Part shown: piece by piece, positions 1 to 13,134 of the stretch
Numbering within the stretch: the stretch's first letter is position 1
Layout of the letters: each line of letters starts with the position of its first letter
Assembly: GCF_006345805.1 (NCBI RefSeq)
Contig: NC_043020.1
Coordinates: forward strand, 24,304,001 to 24,368,000
DNA from: Octopus sinensis
Taxonomy: Eukaryota
Direction of reading: 5' to 3'
DNA: 64,000 nt
Notes under the pieces: model-generated
Database searches by the model: none
Told to the model about the DNA's origin: nothing
Seen by the model: only the letters and a program-made list of their open reading frames with translations
Program-made: the position numbers and the translations under genes

Positions 1-389
1 CTTTGCCCTCATTCTTTTGGTGTAAATATAGAAACAGTCATGTACTGAGGTCAATGTAATCATATTCGTGTATCTTAAAAATTGCTGGTCATGTGTCATA
101 AATTGGAATAATTATTCTACTTGCTATGATATTTCTTTAATTTATTGTGTTCCGCTTTAAACAACTTTAACAATGGAGAGAAATATATATCAGATCTTCA
201 GTGTAATGACACAATATTGTTTGCATCGAAACAAACTTGGGACCGTTTAGAAAATGTAGTGCTTCCACGAGTCCTGCTAATCGATTTCTTTGTTTTAAGT
301 TCCTGATATTGTTGACGTTATTATTACCGTTTGTCTACGTACTGTGAATGTTTAACTTCATGTCACTTCTCTATAATTCTTTCTGTTAT

Positions 390-592
390 AGGCACAAGGC
401 CTGAAATTTTGGGGGAGGGGTCAGTTGATTACGTCGATCCCAGTACGCAATTTGGTAGTTAATTAATCGACCCCGAAAGGATGAAAGGCAAAGTCAACCT
501 CGGCGGCATTTGAACTCAGAAAGTAGCGACGGGCGAAGTATCGCTAAGCATTTCGTCCAACATGCTTAACGACTCTGCTAGCTCACCGCCTT
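390..592 (-). mobile_element. tRNA-derived SINE, family A (octopus OK-like; name assignment unverified), near full length
   Basis: Reverse complement reads AAGGCGGTGAGCTAGCAGAGTCGTTAAGC...TTCTGAGTTCAAATGCCGCCGAGGTTGACTTTGCCTTTCATCCTTTCGGGGTCGA...CAGGCCTTGTGCCT, with A/B-box-like head; about 30 related copies in the window. Confidence 0.85.
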
Positions 593-1200
593 TCACCTCC
601 CTATAAGGAAACAGAACCATGCCTTAAACGTCTCGTGTTTTCTTGAAAAAGTACCACATTTCTAGGACAACAACATTATTTTAGACACAAAATCTTTCGT
701 CGCACGATCTCACAGAGGCTTTCGGCGTATAGAATGTTTATTATACAAATCTATATCTATTGTTCAAACCCTCCATATGTCATGCCGAAGCCCTAATATA
801 TGAGGACCTGGTAACACGGTTCATTATAACTGAGGCTATGGTAAAGCAATAAATGTGTTGTGTTAAATCAACATGAAGTGGGCGCCATCAATTTTGTTCA
901 TAAATGACAGAAGTCCTATTTAAAATACAGCAACCACTATCACAACAACAATAGCAACAACATGAAATAGTAATAACTACTCCTCGCTCCGCATTCCAGT
1001 CAACAAAAATGATATTAAAATGTTTAAAAAAAGACTATTAAAGATGATGAAATTATATGCGAAGTTACTATTTAAATCAAATTTTCCTTGAATGGAGAAT
1101 AATATTTAAATATATATAACTTATGTACACTCCCAAAAGTGTATATATCCACAAATTGATTGATAGATATATGTAAAATTCCATGTTCGTACGTCTGTAT

Positions 1201-1302
1201 GTTTATGTATATGTTGTATATCTATATATATATATATATATAATATATATATATATAATATTATTACTATATATATTATATATATATGTCTGTGTGTGTG
1301 TG

Positions 1303-1336
<34 letters not shown>

Positions 1337-1815
1337 GTGTGGCGTGTGTGTGTGTAAAAAAATGTAATATACATATATGTATTTAAGAAAATTGAACGAA
1401 ATATTTTTATTGCGAAGGATAAAAAGAATAAGGTCAAAATGAACATAATAATAATAACAATAATGTTAATAATAAAAATAATGAAAATATTAGTGATGAT
1501 AAGATTACTAGAAAACGATATTTAAAACAAAACTTATTAAAAGGAAAAAGGCGTTTCTACAAGATTGTATTTCTTATATCGATAGTGATTTTATCTGTCA
1601 TCTTCCATTTTAAAATTAGCTTCGGTTTAGTTTTCATGTGAAAAATTATATTTTATATATGTCATTTAGAGTTTTAAAATTATTCCCAATATGAAGAATG
1701 AGGAAAGAAAAAAAAAAACCCATATTCTTAAATAATTTTTTTAACACGTTTTTTGAGGTTCGTTACTTACAATCTTCGTTTTATAGTATATATATATATA
1801 TGTGTGTGTGTGTGT

Positions 1816-1861
<46 letters not shown>

Positions 1862-2023
1862 AATAAATGTATATGTGCGTATGTGTATTTATATTGCATG
1901 TATATATAAGTATACCTATATGTGTGTGTATGTGTGTATACATACGTGTATGTATATTGCATGATTTTACTCAATCGCTCACCACTGATATATTCGCGTA
2001 AATACTTGCATAATATCATAAAA

Positions 2024-2060
<37 letters not shown>

Positions 2061-2148
2061 GACATGCACAATTATGCGAATATTTCATGTGTGTCGATAT
2101 TGTACATACACATATATGCACATACATAATCTACGCGTGTATGCATGT

Positions 2149-2199
<51 letters not shown>

Positions 2200-2372
2200 A
2201 TGTATATATGTATATATATTATATATGTATATATAATATATATGTATATATATATATCTATGTATATATATATATCATATATATATATATATATAATATA
2301 TTATATATATATCTATATATCTAATCTGTGTGTGTGTGTGTGTGTGTGTCTATATATATATGTATGCACAGT
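1201..2372. repeat. Compound (TA)n/(TG)n/(CA)n microsatellite blocks
   Basis: Directly visible; source of the YI/CV/HT-repeat ORFs. Confidence 0.95.
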
Positions 2373-4048
2373 TTAGATACATACGTAGATATGTTGTTCA
2401 CACACACATTGATATATGTATGTTTTATGTGTATGTTTATGAATGTTTGACAAACTTGTATCTCTTTCCGTTTTATGATGTCCTCAAAATATGATTTCTT
2501 AAAGCTCCAGTGCATGATGCATTTTTACGCAACACACACACACAAACACACACACACACACATATATATATGGGTATATATAAATAAAATGTAATCCTGT
2601 AATCCTTGATGTATCTAATTTTATGTAGAGAATTTCCATCAAAATTTTATAACCAGGCAAATTACAAACGCTGGAACCTTTTCCTTTTTTTCATTTTCCT
2701 ATCCTACTTACCAATTTTCATTTTCTCTCTCATGTCACTCTTCCGCTCTCTCTCTCTCTCTCGCGCGCGCTCTCTCTCTCTCTCCCTTGTTCCTTGTTTT
2801 CTTTAACTTTCACTCTTGCAAGCATTTTCTCTGCGACGTCTTCCTCTTACGACCATTTCTTTTCTCCGTTTCGACAGTCACTCCTTATATGCAAGAAACG
2901 AAATGACTGTGTGTTGCCTGAATGTATATTTGTGTGAGTTTGTAAATGCATTCTTGCTCTTTCTCTATGCTCGCATATATGTGTTTTTACGTGTGAATTG
3001 TGATATTTGTTTCTGTATAAAAACTAGAAAAACTTTACAGATGTCGGTAAGTCTCTGCTAGTTTTAGAAGTAAATTCCTCAAAATTTTCTGATAAAAATT
3101 CTTGCCTAGAAACACTGTGTTGCTAAGCTAATCTTCAACGGTGCTGTATCATCGTTTAGTTCTTCAGTGCTTTGACTGGTCATTTAAAGATATGCATGTT
3201 CACAACTATTGTTGAATCATATTTATACAATGTTGCCTATGATATACATATCGTTCAGCGTTGAAACAGTTGTAATGAATTGTAAAATCGCATGTTCAGT
3301 CCATCTCCTCATATTCAAATTTTGTTTATACTCTACGGTTATTCGCGGATTTCCACATGTGCATACCGTAACAGAAGTCCTACTGTATGATAACATTTGG
3401 TAGCCGATACCCGGAGTAGAGCTTTGAAAAGCACACTACAAGGTTATAATCAGATTATATATATTTATATGTATGATCCCGGTACTTGGCCAAATACATG
3501 CAGGAGTGCTAATGAGTACTCAGCGGAATACCAATAATACAAAATATATATCAAGCCAGTAACATAATTAATACAATATTAGCTGATTAATTTATGATAT
3601 TAACCAACCTGAAAATCAACAATATGCAACACATTTATCGTGGCTGGTGTAAAATATATGTGAATAGAGATATTGTGTTACAAATGTTTCTATAGCATGG
3701 TTATCTATTTGCTAGTGAAATATTCGTAGCATAATTATCGCTAATCATTTTCATTCACACACATACACATATGTATATGTATACGCACACACACACACAA
3801 CTTTTTCATCTAAGTGGAAACAAGTGCCAACATCTCAATGTGTCACACTTCAACAATTGTGAAGATCGCTTCACATGAAACCATTATTGTTAACCAACAA
3901 ATAAAAGTAATATATATAACCACGAACGTGGTCAGCAAAAACAATACTACTCAATGCCATGATAGCGATCAATAATGTTTTATTTTGGTTGAGTAAGCTT
4001 GCTACTCTGAGTTTCATCTGTGGATGCATAGGATCTTCAGTCAAGTGG

Positions 4049-4148
4049 NNNNNNNNNNNNNNNNNNNNNNNNNNNNNNNNNNNNNNNNNNNNNNNNNNNN
4101 NNNNNNNNNNNNNNNNNNNNNNNNNNNNNNNNNNNNNNNNNNNNNNNN
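4049..4148. other. Assembly gap (100 N)
   Basis: Run of exactly 100 N, typical scaffolding placeholder. Confidence 0.98.
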
Positions 4149-4624
4149 TTCATCATCATCATCATCAACATCGTCATCTTCTTCTTCTACTTCTCCACCT
4201 CTACCCTTAACCTTGTCACTAATGTCTTTCAGTATAACGCCTACGCAATTCATAAACAATTCCTGATTGAACTGCGACTGCTGTCAGCCACTGACCATTC
4301 AAAATACGACCATCAAGGCATTCCCAGATTTCCCCACCCCCTCTCCACATCAGCCTCCTTATTCTTCACCTACCCTACCAAGAACTCACAACGACCTCGA
4401 ACACACAAGTGCAAACAAGGGAGTCAGAGAAAGCAGAATGCTACTTATATCTGAACACTACTATAGAAATATTCTTTTAAAAAAACTTTTCTTCTAATTT
4501 CTAAATTTAATTATTTAATCGTTACAGTTGAAAAGGTCTCAAAATGACCGAAACGGTACTGAAAGATTCACTATAAAATTATCTTAGCATTTTCTATTTT
4601 GACTTGTTTTTTCATATATATATA

Positions 4625-4656
<32 letters not shown>

Positions 4657-4657
<1 letters not shown>

Positions 4658-4791
4658 TTCTCCTGTCCTCTCTGTTGAAGAGCGTAGGTTTGAAACGTAA
4701 AACTTTCTCACTTTCCCGAGCGTCAAACTAGTACATAGCTTGTTGTTCATACACCTGTCTTCGTCTTTTGTTTTTCTGTAAATTTCAACTA
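4657..4791 (+). mobile_element. Short non-autonomous repeat embedded in (TA)n, probably Penelope pseudo-LTR derived
   Basis: Unique 135-bp segment flanked both sides by (TA)n; contains TTGAAGAGCGTAGGTTTGAAACGTA, a minimal hammerhead-like core. Confidence 0.45.
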
Positions 4792-4803
4792 TATATATGT
4801 ATG

Positions 4804-4836
<33 letters not shown>

Positions 4837-4842
4837 TATCAC

Positions 4843-4934
<92 letters not shown>

Positions 4935-5004
4935 TATTATAATATATATATATCACATATATTATATTGATATATATATATATATATATAATATATATAT
5001 TATG

Positions 5005-5035
<31 letters not shown>

Positions 5036-5140
5036 TACACGCAGAAAACATACATATATATATACACACACACATATATATATATATATACATATAATAT
5101 GTATATTAGTGTATATAATATATATATATATATATATATA

Positions 5141-6522
5141 TTGATAAAACGGTAAGATAACAAAAGAAAGAAAGAGACCTCAATATTATGTAAATAGAGG
5201 AAATTTATCTATACAATATGTTACATTACTCGGTAGTCAAGATAAAATCTGAGTTTCAGATGCCGAAGTGAAATCCACCAACACCATCTCTTCGGTTATC
5301 TGGCTATTTGAAAACGTTATGAAAAAATACCGTTAAAAATGAAGGGAAATTACTCTGTTATAACTCTGCTTTGCCTGCGTACTTATACATCGCTCGCATT
5401 TTTCGTCATAAAAATTATATAAAAATACATAAAAATATATAAAAATATATAAAAATATATAAAATCTTCTTGGGACATAACACAGAAAAGCATGTTCTAT
5501 CCGTTTTCTTTAGGGGACAAAAACGTAACAGAAATTTAGTCACATGTGGGCATGATCCGAAAAGCTCTGTCCTTGTATTTAGACATGTGGTAGGGTCTAA
5601 GCTGCTTTTCCAGATAAGCCATCTCTCCATGTCGCATAACCGCACCTTCCGCTGCCGTTAGTATAGGGCTTACATCTGGCCAAAATCTTCCATTGTATGT
5701 TATAATCGACACCTTTATCTCTTAAAGACCAAATATGATTGGATAATTGTGTCGCTTTTCTTTTGTTCCAGTGCCTAAAGCTCAAAGTATGGTTATTGAA
5801 CCTGGCCTTGAAATTACCCTCTGTCAGGCCCACGTATTTCTTCGTCGAAACGGTGTCTTTAGTGGTTATAGAGTTACGGTAGCTTCATATATGATGGTCT
5901 TGGACATGCAAGCTCCATTTAGCGGGCACAATTCTTTATTCCTGCATGAACAGCTGTTTTCTTCTTGTGTTTTTTGTATGTTATGATTGATTATGTTTTT
6001 AAATTGGTAGTTGAACTAAAACTAATTTTTAAATTGTGTCTATTAAAGAGTTTCCTATAAGCATGGTTAACTGGAAATGTCTATCTATCAGTGCTAGGAA
6101 ATATTTACCTATATTGAAGGCCACCTCGGGTGAGTAAGGGGGCGTAAACCAGATGACCTTCCTATTTCTATTATTCCTTTTCCTTATTGTTGGGCTGGTG
6201 TGATAGGTGTATATTTTATTTTTTCGCTAAAACCACTATCTTTTAAAGCTTTATTATAAACTGGGGCAACGCTATTGAAGATGTCCTCATTAGATGAGAG
6301 GCTAGAAATCCTCTTACTAATATTTTTAACTAAATTTTTGAATACTATAGGGGGATGGCATGAACCTACATTAATATAACTTAGTCTATCATTGGGCTTC
6401 CTATAAGGCTTATAAATATTATTATTAAGATCTAAGGAAACGTCTAAGAAATTGACAACCGTCAGGTTAGTGTCTATAGTTATACTAAGTCCGAAGTGTT
6501 TCATTAACTGGATAATATCCTT

Positions 6523-6524
<2 letters not shown>
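5141..6524 (-). mobile_element. 5'-truncated Penelope-like element (RT thumb, linker, C-terminal GIY-YIG endonuclease, 3' UTR/pseudo-LTR)
   Basis: Minus-strand translation across frameshifts: VVNFLDVSLDL...YKPYRKPNDRLSYINVGSCHPP (RT thumb); RKVIWFTPPYS...NIGKYFL; CSCRNKELCPLNGAC; IIYEATV...KKYVGLTEGNFKARFNNHTLSF...LSNHIW...LCDMERWLI...LNTRTELFGSCPH (GIY-YIG with CCHH); both ends abut (TA)n. Confidence 0.9.
5436..6524 (-). pseudogene. Frameshifted PLE RT/GIY-YIG ORF remnant
   Basis: ORF-track pieces 6184-6573, 5597-5833 and 5415-5645 join into one PLE polyprotein end with several frameshifts. Confidence 0.88.
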
Positions 6525-6559
<35 letters not shown>

Positions 6560-6863
6560 GTACACACACACATACATATGTTCGTTATATAATATACGCA
6601 TATAGAGCGAGGTGAGAAAAGTAGTTAAGATATGCATATATTGGTAAATTCTAAAGAAGTTATGCCAGGATGAAATAATTGGATAGAATTCGCTGGAATA
6701 ATTTTACTGCGGAATCAATGAGAAAGATTCGTGAGAGAGAATCTCGACTATTGACTGTCATAACATGATGATGATAATGATAGTGATGACGATATGATAG
6801 TAGGGATAATGATGATAATGATGATGATGGCTGCTATGTGAATGATGCTGATGACTGCGATGA

Positions 6864-6894
<31 letters not shown>

Positions 6895-7797
6895 GGTGAT
6901 TATGATGTTGATGGCGGTCGTGTTGAGCGATGATGATGATTGTGTTGCGAGTGATGATGGTCATGGCGATGCTGCTGATGACGATAATGGCGGGAAGTGT
7001 GCTTAGCAAGAGATTGAAGTGGAAGGGAAATTCTATTTATGTCATATAAATCAAAAATATTCCTTAGTTCCACGTCTGCTTAACTGGAGAATGGCGACAT
7101 TTGGATTATAACACTAATGGGTGGCGCTGAGGGTGACGGTAGCAGGGATTCTCGTAGCGGTGCTGCAGATATTATTTATTTGTGGTGGTAGGTTTGGTGG
7201 TCATGGCATTGTTGGTGATGATGGTGATGTCTATGTCATTTTCATTGTTGTTGTTATTCGTGATGATGGTAATGATGATGCTAGATAGAGGCATAATGGT
7301 GATACTAGATTGAGGTGGTGATGTTTATTTTATACATTAGTGGTGGTAGATTTGGTGGTAATGTTATCGTTGTTGCTCTTATTGTTTGTGATGGTGATGT
7401 TATACTCCCTGTTGTTATTGTTGGTGGGGTTGTAACGGTGTCAGCAGAGAGTTGGTTAATGTTCGCGATGGTGGTGTCATTTTCATTGTTGGCGGTGGTG
7501 ATCATTGTAGTAGTGGTGTGTACTGCAAGTCTGAGATTAACATTTCATAAATTTCTATGCGTTGTTGTTACTTTGCAAACGTTAATAAAACATTTCCGAG
7601 AAGTTGTAGCGACAACTACAGACAAAGCAACAACACTCGTGCAACGAGGGAACTTCGACGTAGTCCCTCGATGTTTAATACAGAACAAACAAATCTTACT
7701 CAATCTCTAACGACAATATATCTCTAGAAACTTGACGGGATGGTCACGACTGACATAAACTACAATGTTGTCCACCTCATCAACTACAACAACGTGA

Positions 7798-7839
<42 letters not shown>

Positions 7840-7855
7840 CATCGATATTATTATT

Positions 7856-8023
7856 GAGGCGGTGAGCTGGCAGAATCGTTAGCATGCTACGTTCCGAGTT
7901 CAAATTCCACCGATGTCGACTATACTTTTTATCTTTTCAGGATTCATAAATTAAGTACAAGTGAAACACTGGGATCGATATAATCGACTCATCTCCTCCC
8001 CAAAATGTGAAAAAATTTGAAAC

Positions 8024-8065
<42 letters not shown>

Positions 8066-8723
8066 GGCGGAAAAATGCTTACCAGCATTTTATCAGGTTC
8101 TTTACGTTCTGAGCTCAAATGCTACCAAGGCCAGCTGTGCCTTCAATTCTTTGAGGGTCGATGAAATAAGTACCAGCTGAGTATTGGAGTCGATGTGATC
8201 TACTTGATCCCTTCCCGTAAAAGAAATATAAGCCTTGTGCTTATTGTAGACAGAATTATTATCATTCAGCGACAAGATGGCCGAAGCCGTAGAGCGTCAG
8301 AGAGAATGTTAATTGTATTTGTCCCCGCTCTTTACGTTCTGAGTTCAAATTCCACTGAAGTTAATTTGGTACTTTATTTTATCGGCTTTGAAAGAATGAA
8401 GAGCTGTCAAGTGCGGGTGTCGATGTAACTTTCTATCCCACTGCTAAAGATGCTGGCCACCTGCCCAAATTCCAAACAATTTCTTCCATTATTGTTGTTA
8501 TGGTGGCAGCAAGCAACAAGAATCGTTATCGCCTCGGACAAAATGCTTAGCAGTATTTCTCCCGGCTCTTTACATTCTAAGTTCAAATCCTGCCGAAGTC
8601 AACTTTGCCACTCATCTTTTCAGGGCCCATTAAATAAACCCCCAATAAAATGATGAAGTGGATGTCCTCGATTAGACACCCCCGTCCCGTCAAAGTTCAT
8701 TGTCTTGTACCAAAATTTGAAAT
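7856..8723 (+). mobile_element. Cluster of four head-to-tail degenerate family A SINEs (approx. 7856-8024, 8064-8250, 8272-8440, 8502-8723)
   Basis: Repeated GTTCTGAGTTCAAAT / GGGGTCGAT / AAGTACCAG motifs; (TTA)n before the first two heads. Confidence 0.8.
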
Positions 8724-8884
8724 AGTTATTATTGTGGATTCTTTGATTTGCCAGGAGGACCTCAAATATGTACGAAGGACGAAATACGGTGCATAAAAGT
8801 TGTTTATGCGGAACATTAAAAAGCGGACAAAAATAAAAGTTATAACAATAGACATAAACAGAAAAGTTGTTCAACAAAATTACC

Positions 8885-9030
8885 ACTTAGGTAAACTCAT
8901 CCCAATGGTTCTGGGTTCAGTCCCACTGCGGGGTACCTTAGGCAAGTATCTTCTACTACAGCCTCAGGTCAACCGAAGCTTTGTAAGTGAATTTGGTAAA
9001 CGAAAATTGAAAGAAACCCGTTGTAAATAT
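8885..9030 (+). mobile_element. tRNA/CORE-type SINE family B (OR1-like; name unverified), 5' half
   Basis: GGTTCTGGGTTCAGTCCCACTGCGGGGTACCTTAGGCAAGT...GTGAATTTGGTAAACGAAAATTGAAAGAAACCCG matches other B copies. Confidence 0.75.
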
Positions 9031-9039
9031 ATATAAATT

Positions 9040-9217
9040 TCTACTCTAGGCATAAGGCATGACATTTTGGGGGAGGGGGCCAGTCGATTAGATCGCCCAG
9101 CCCAGTACACAACTGGTACATAGTTTATCGACACCGAAAGGATGAAAGGCAAAGTCGGCCTCGGTGGAATTGAACTCAGAACGTAAAGACACGAAATACC
9201 GCAAAGCATTTCGCCCG
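9040..9217 (-). mobile_element. Family A SINE, head truncated
   Basis: Matches the 390-592 copy. Confidence 0.85.
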
Positions 9218-9237
9218 ATATATATATGTGCAGAGAG

Positions 9238-9292
<55 letters not shown>

Positions 9293-9294
9293 TG

Positions 9295-9492
9295 TGCATC
9301 TGCGTTTGTTCCCCACGCTTCTGCGTATACGTCATGACTTGGCAACTCGGCAAAAAGAAATCGATAGAGAAAATGCCAGGCATTAAAAAAGAACAAGAAC
9401 TGGGGGGTCGATCCCTTCGACTGAAATTCTTCAAGCTAGTGCCCCAGACTGACCGCAGTTTAACGTCTGCGAAACGTGAGAGATAAAAGAGA
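9295..9492 (+). mobile_element. Family B SINE, 3' half
   Basis: GCGTTTGTTCCCC...GGCAAAAAGAAATCGATAGA...GGGGGTCGAT...GACCGCAGT...GATAAAAGAG matches family B tail. Confidence 0.65.
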
Positions 9493-9962
9493 AGAAAAAA
9501 AAAGGAAAAATTCCTCAGCATTGCGAGCATTTTATTCTCTGATTTTAGTCACAGTCATTTCAGTGAAGAACAGTTGAGAGTTGTTTGAAGTACAATTTGC
9601 ACTTATAAGCGCCTCCATCTTTGCATGACTACACAATCTGTTTCAGCCGCAAATATTTCATTTTGGCATGTACAAGTTTTCTTTTATCTCGCAGAGATTA
9701 ATGGTAATGGCTATGTTTTGTTAATTATTTTACACGAATTTGTTCTGCCTTATTTCTTTTATTTTCATGTCTTAGTGATCATTTGTTTGATAACATCAAC
9801 TTCGTACATTCCGTCAGAAATCTTCTGAAATCAACAGGTTACCATGCAAAGAACCAAGCAGAAAACACTCTTACATATAAAATAGAAAATTTATTACAAA
9901 TAAAAGCGCATTTTAGCTACAGTTAAGTCGGAATCTTACACACATCTACAGAAATATGTGTA

Positions 9963-10375
9963 TTTATCTTTTACATGTTTCAGTCATTAGACTGCGGCCC
10001 CGCTACAGCACTACCCTGGAATATTTTAGTAGAACGAGTCGTGCGCAGTACTTACTCTTTTTAAAACTTGATACTTGTTCTATCTGCCTATTTGCTTAAC
10101 CGCTAAGTTATGGACACGGAAACATACTAACGTCAGTTGTCAAGCTATCTTGGGGGACAAACACAGACACAAAATACACACACTCATAGATACACATGCA
10201 TACGCACACACACATACATACAACAGGCTTCCTTCAATTTCTGTCTATCAAATCCACTCACAAGGATTTGGTTAGCCCAAGGTTTATAGCACAAGACACT
10301 TGCCCAAGGTACTCCGCAGTGGTATTGAACCTGGAACCATATTGTTGGGAGGCAAAATTCTTAGCACATAGCCAC
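9963..10375 (-). mobile_element. Family B SINE, degenerate near full length
   Basis: GTTTCAGTCATTAGACTGCGGCC ... CACTTGCCCAAGGT...TTGAACCTGGAACCAT is the reverse complement of B tail and head. Confidence 0.75.
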
Positions 10376-10513
10376 AAAATAGCCTTTACATAGCAAACGA
10401 AATCCTTTTATATATTTGTTTTGCATTGACTTACATACACTTCGTTGTACTATAGCAGTTATACTAATGACCAATGTGCAGTCGATTGGAAATTTATAAC
10501 CAATAGAATATCG

Positions 10514-10687
10514 TTTTCTACTCTAGGCACAAGACCCAAAATTTTTAGGGAGGGTCCAGTCGATTAGATCGACACCAGTACGCAACTAGTACTTAATTTA
10601 TAGACCCCAAAAGGACAAAAGGCAAAGTCGACCTCGGCGGAATTTGAACTCAGAACATAGCGACGTGCTAACGTTTCTGCTAGCTCG
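10514..10687 (-). mobile_element. Family A SINE with internal deletion
   Basis: TAGGCACAAGACCC...AAAGGCAAAGTCGACCTCGGCGGAATTTGAACTCAGAAC. Confidence 0.85.
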
Positions 10688-11359
10688 AATATCGTTCATC
10701 AATCGTGATATAAAGGAAACAGATATTATGAACAAGCATAGAAAATGATAATGAAAATTGTCACCACATCCGCATATTGATGTGTAGAGTCTGCTGGATT
10801 CTACCCCAGTGTATAACTGGTACTGTCTTATTAAAACCGGATGCATCAGAGGCAAATTTAATAATTTCGGTATTCATCATAATCAAACTATTTATTACAG
10901 CATTCATATATGGGGTTTAAGATGTTCGATTTGTCAAACTTCATCTCGCCTCAGCTAATGGGTCCTTACCAGCAGCCCCAGACCAGAACTTGCCCAATTT
11001 TTCTACCCTGGGTACAACAGTCATAATTACACGGCTTTTCTAACCCGCCTTATTTTGCCCAACCATATAATACTATTGCTAAACAGCGTAAATTAATCAT
11101 ATCGATCGTAATCGATCTCTGAAAACCAGTAGAGACGATGGACCCAGCCCTTTTATCTTTTATAAGACCAAGCCATTAAACAAATCAAAAATTGCTGGCA
11201 AAGGGTAGAATCCCTTTCGCCTATTTCTTAATTTATCGGCCACGAAAGATTAAAAAGAAAAGGGTTAAAAATATACAACCAAGCGAGAGTTTAAAATAAC
11301 TAATGAAACGATATATATATATGTGTGTGTGTGTGTGTATATATATGTGTGTATGTATG

Positions 11360-11401
<42 letters not shown>

Positions 11402-12010
11402 TGAATGTATATACTCTAATACGTACACACATATATATAATTTATCGTAGTAGTCTTTTAATAAGTCACGATGTAATTCTCCATCTACACTAGCGCTACC
11501 ATCAAGCCAGTCCATTCCATACATTTCTTATGTAATTTATCGTTCTCGTTAATTGAATTTTAATCATTAATGTCAACCATGTCGCCATTTTTTAAGCCGG
11601 TCGCCATGTTATCAAAGTGTCGAATTAACTTTGAAGTGGGTGTACATTTGTGCAGTTCAGCGGCTGTGTTTGTATGTTTACATTTGAATTCCAATGAGCG
11701 TTCCGTCTGGAGATGGTGTATAAAACACACACACACACTACTCACTCCTATTAAATATAAATACATAGATACATACATACATGCATACATACATACATAA
11801 AATAAGGATATATGTGAATATACCAATAAACAATTATATGAAAATACAGACGCACACATATATAAGCAAAATATACATGCATATATATAATTCTTATGTA
11901 CAACACGTGTAGATATATAATTATATGAATAAAAGTGTATGCGCGTTTAGATGTGTGTGTGCGTATATAATACACATACACACACATATATATATATATA
12001 CATACATACA

Positions 12011-12056
<46 letters not shown>

Positions 12057-12353
12057 AATTAGTAACGCTTCTCTTACGAGTGTCTTCACATCCGACACAA
12101 ATTATTTGACCCAAGACGTAAAAGAAATTAGCTTTCATGCAAATTAATAAAAATTATTCACAAAATTACCCATAATTACTCTCGTTTGTATCGTCATCTT
12201 AGACCGCTTTATGAAATACGGAGATCTGTGAATTAGATTAATGCTAATTTATTCTTAATCCTGTGTCACGTGATGTTGATTAATTGTTGATTAACAACGT
12301 CCCTCTTTTCCCCCATTACACAACTCATGCATCTTTCAACACATTTCTTTGAG

Positions 12354-12388
<35 letters not shown>

Positions 12389-12507
12389 CAAAAAATAATT
12401 AAAAGCGACAGAAGCCGTATCAATACCAAAAGGTAATATTTATCACCACTTAAAGTGGATGTTATGCCAGAACACAGAATACTGCGGCAGCTACCGAGAG
12501 AGATTAT

Positions 12508-12712
12508 TAAGGTGGCGACATTGCTGGACTTTTAATGCGCTGCTTTAAAAACAAAAAGGCTTGACGGCATTTCTTCTCTCTTTACTATAAGACTAAACAA
12601 GTACCAGTTGAGTAATGGGGTCGATGTTGTCAACTTACCCATTCTCCCGAAGCTACTGGGTTTGTGCCAAAATTTAAAATTATTATCATTATCATTATTA
12701 TTATTAGTAGCT

Positions 12713-12767
<55 letters not shown>

Positions 12768-13134
12768 TAATAGTACGGCGGTGATGAGGCGGCAAGCTGG
12801 CAGAATCGTTAGCTCACCGGGCCAAATGCCGCAACGTTCTGAGTTGAAATTCCACCGAGGTCGACTTTGCCTTTCATCCTAACGTTTCTGCCAACTCACT
12901 GCCATTTGTAGTTAATATCGTCAAGACGGTAGGTGGCAGAATCGTTAGCAGCATGGGTAAAATGCTTAGCGGCATTTCTTCCATCTTTACGTTCTGGTTA
13001 CAAATTCCGCCAAAGTCAAATTTGCTTTTCATCTTTTCGGGGTTGATAAAGTAAGTACCATTTGAGCATTGGTGCCAATTTAACAGGTTTATTTCTCACC
13101 CCTTGACGTTGCCGGCCTTGTGCCTAAAATTTGA
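12508..13134 (+). mobile_element. Three family A SINE copies separated by (ATT)/(GCA)/(GTA) microsatellite
   Basis: Family A head, body and tail motifs at about 12508-12680, 12788-12903 and 12929-13134. Confidence 0.75.
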
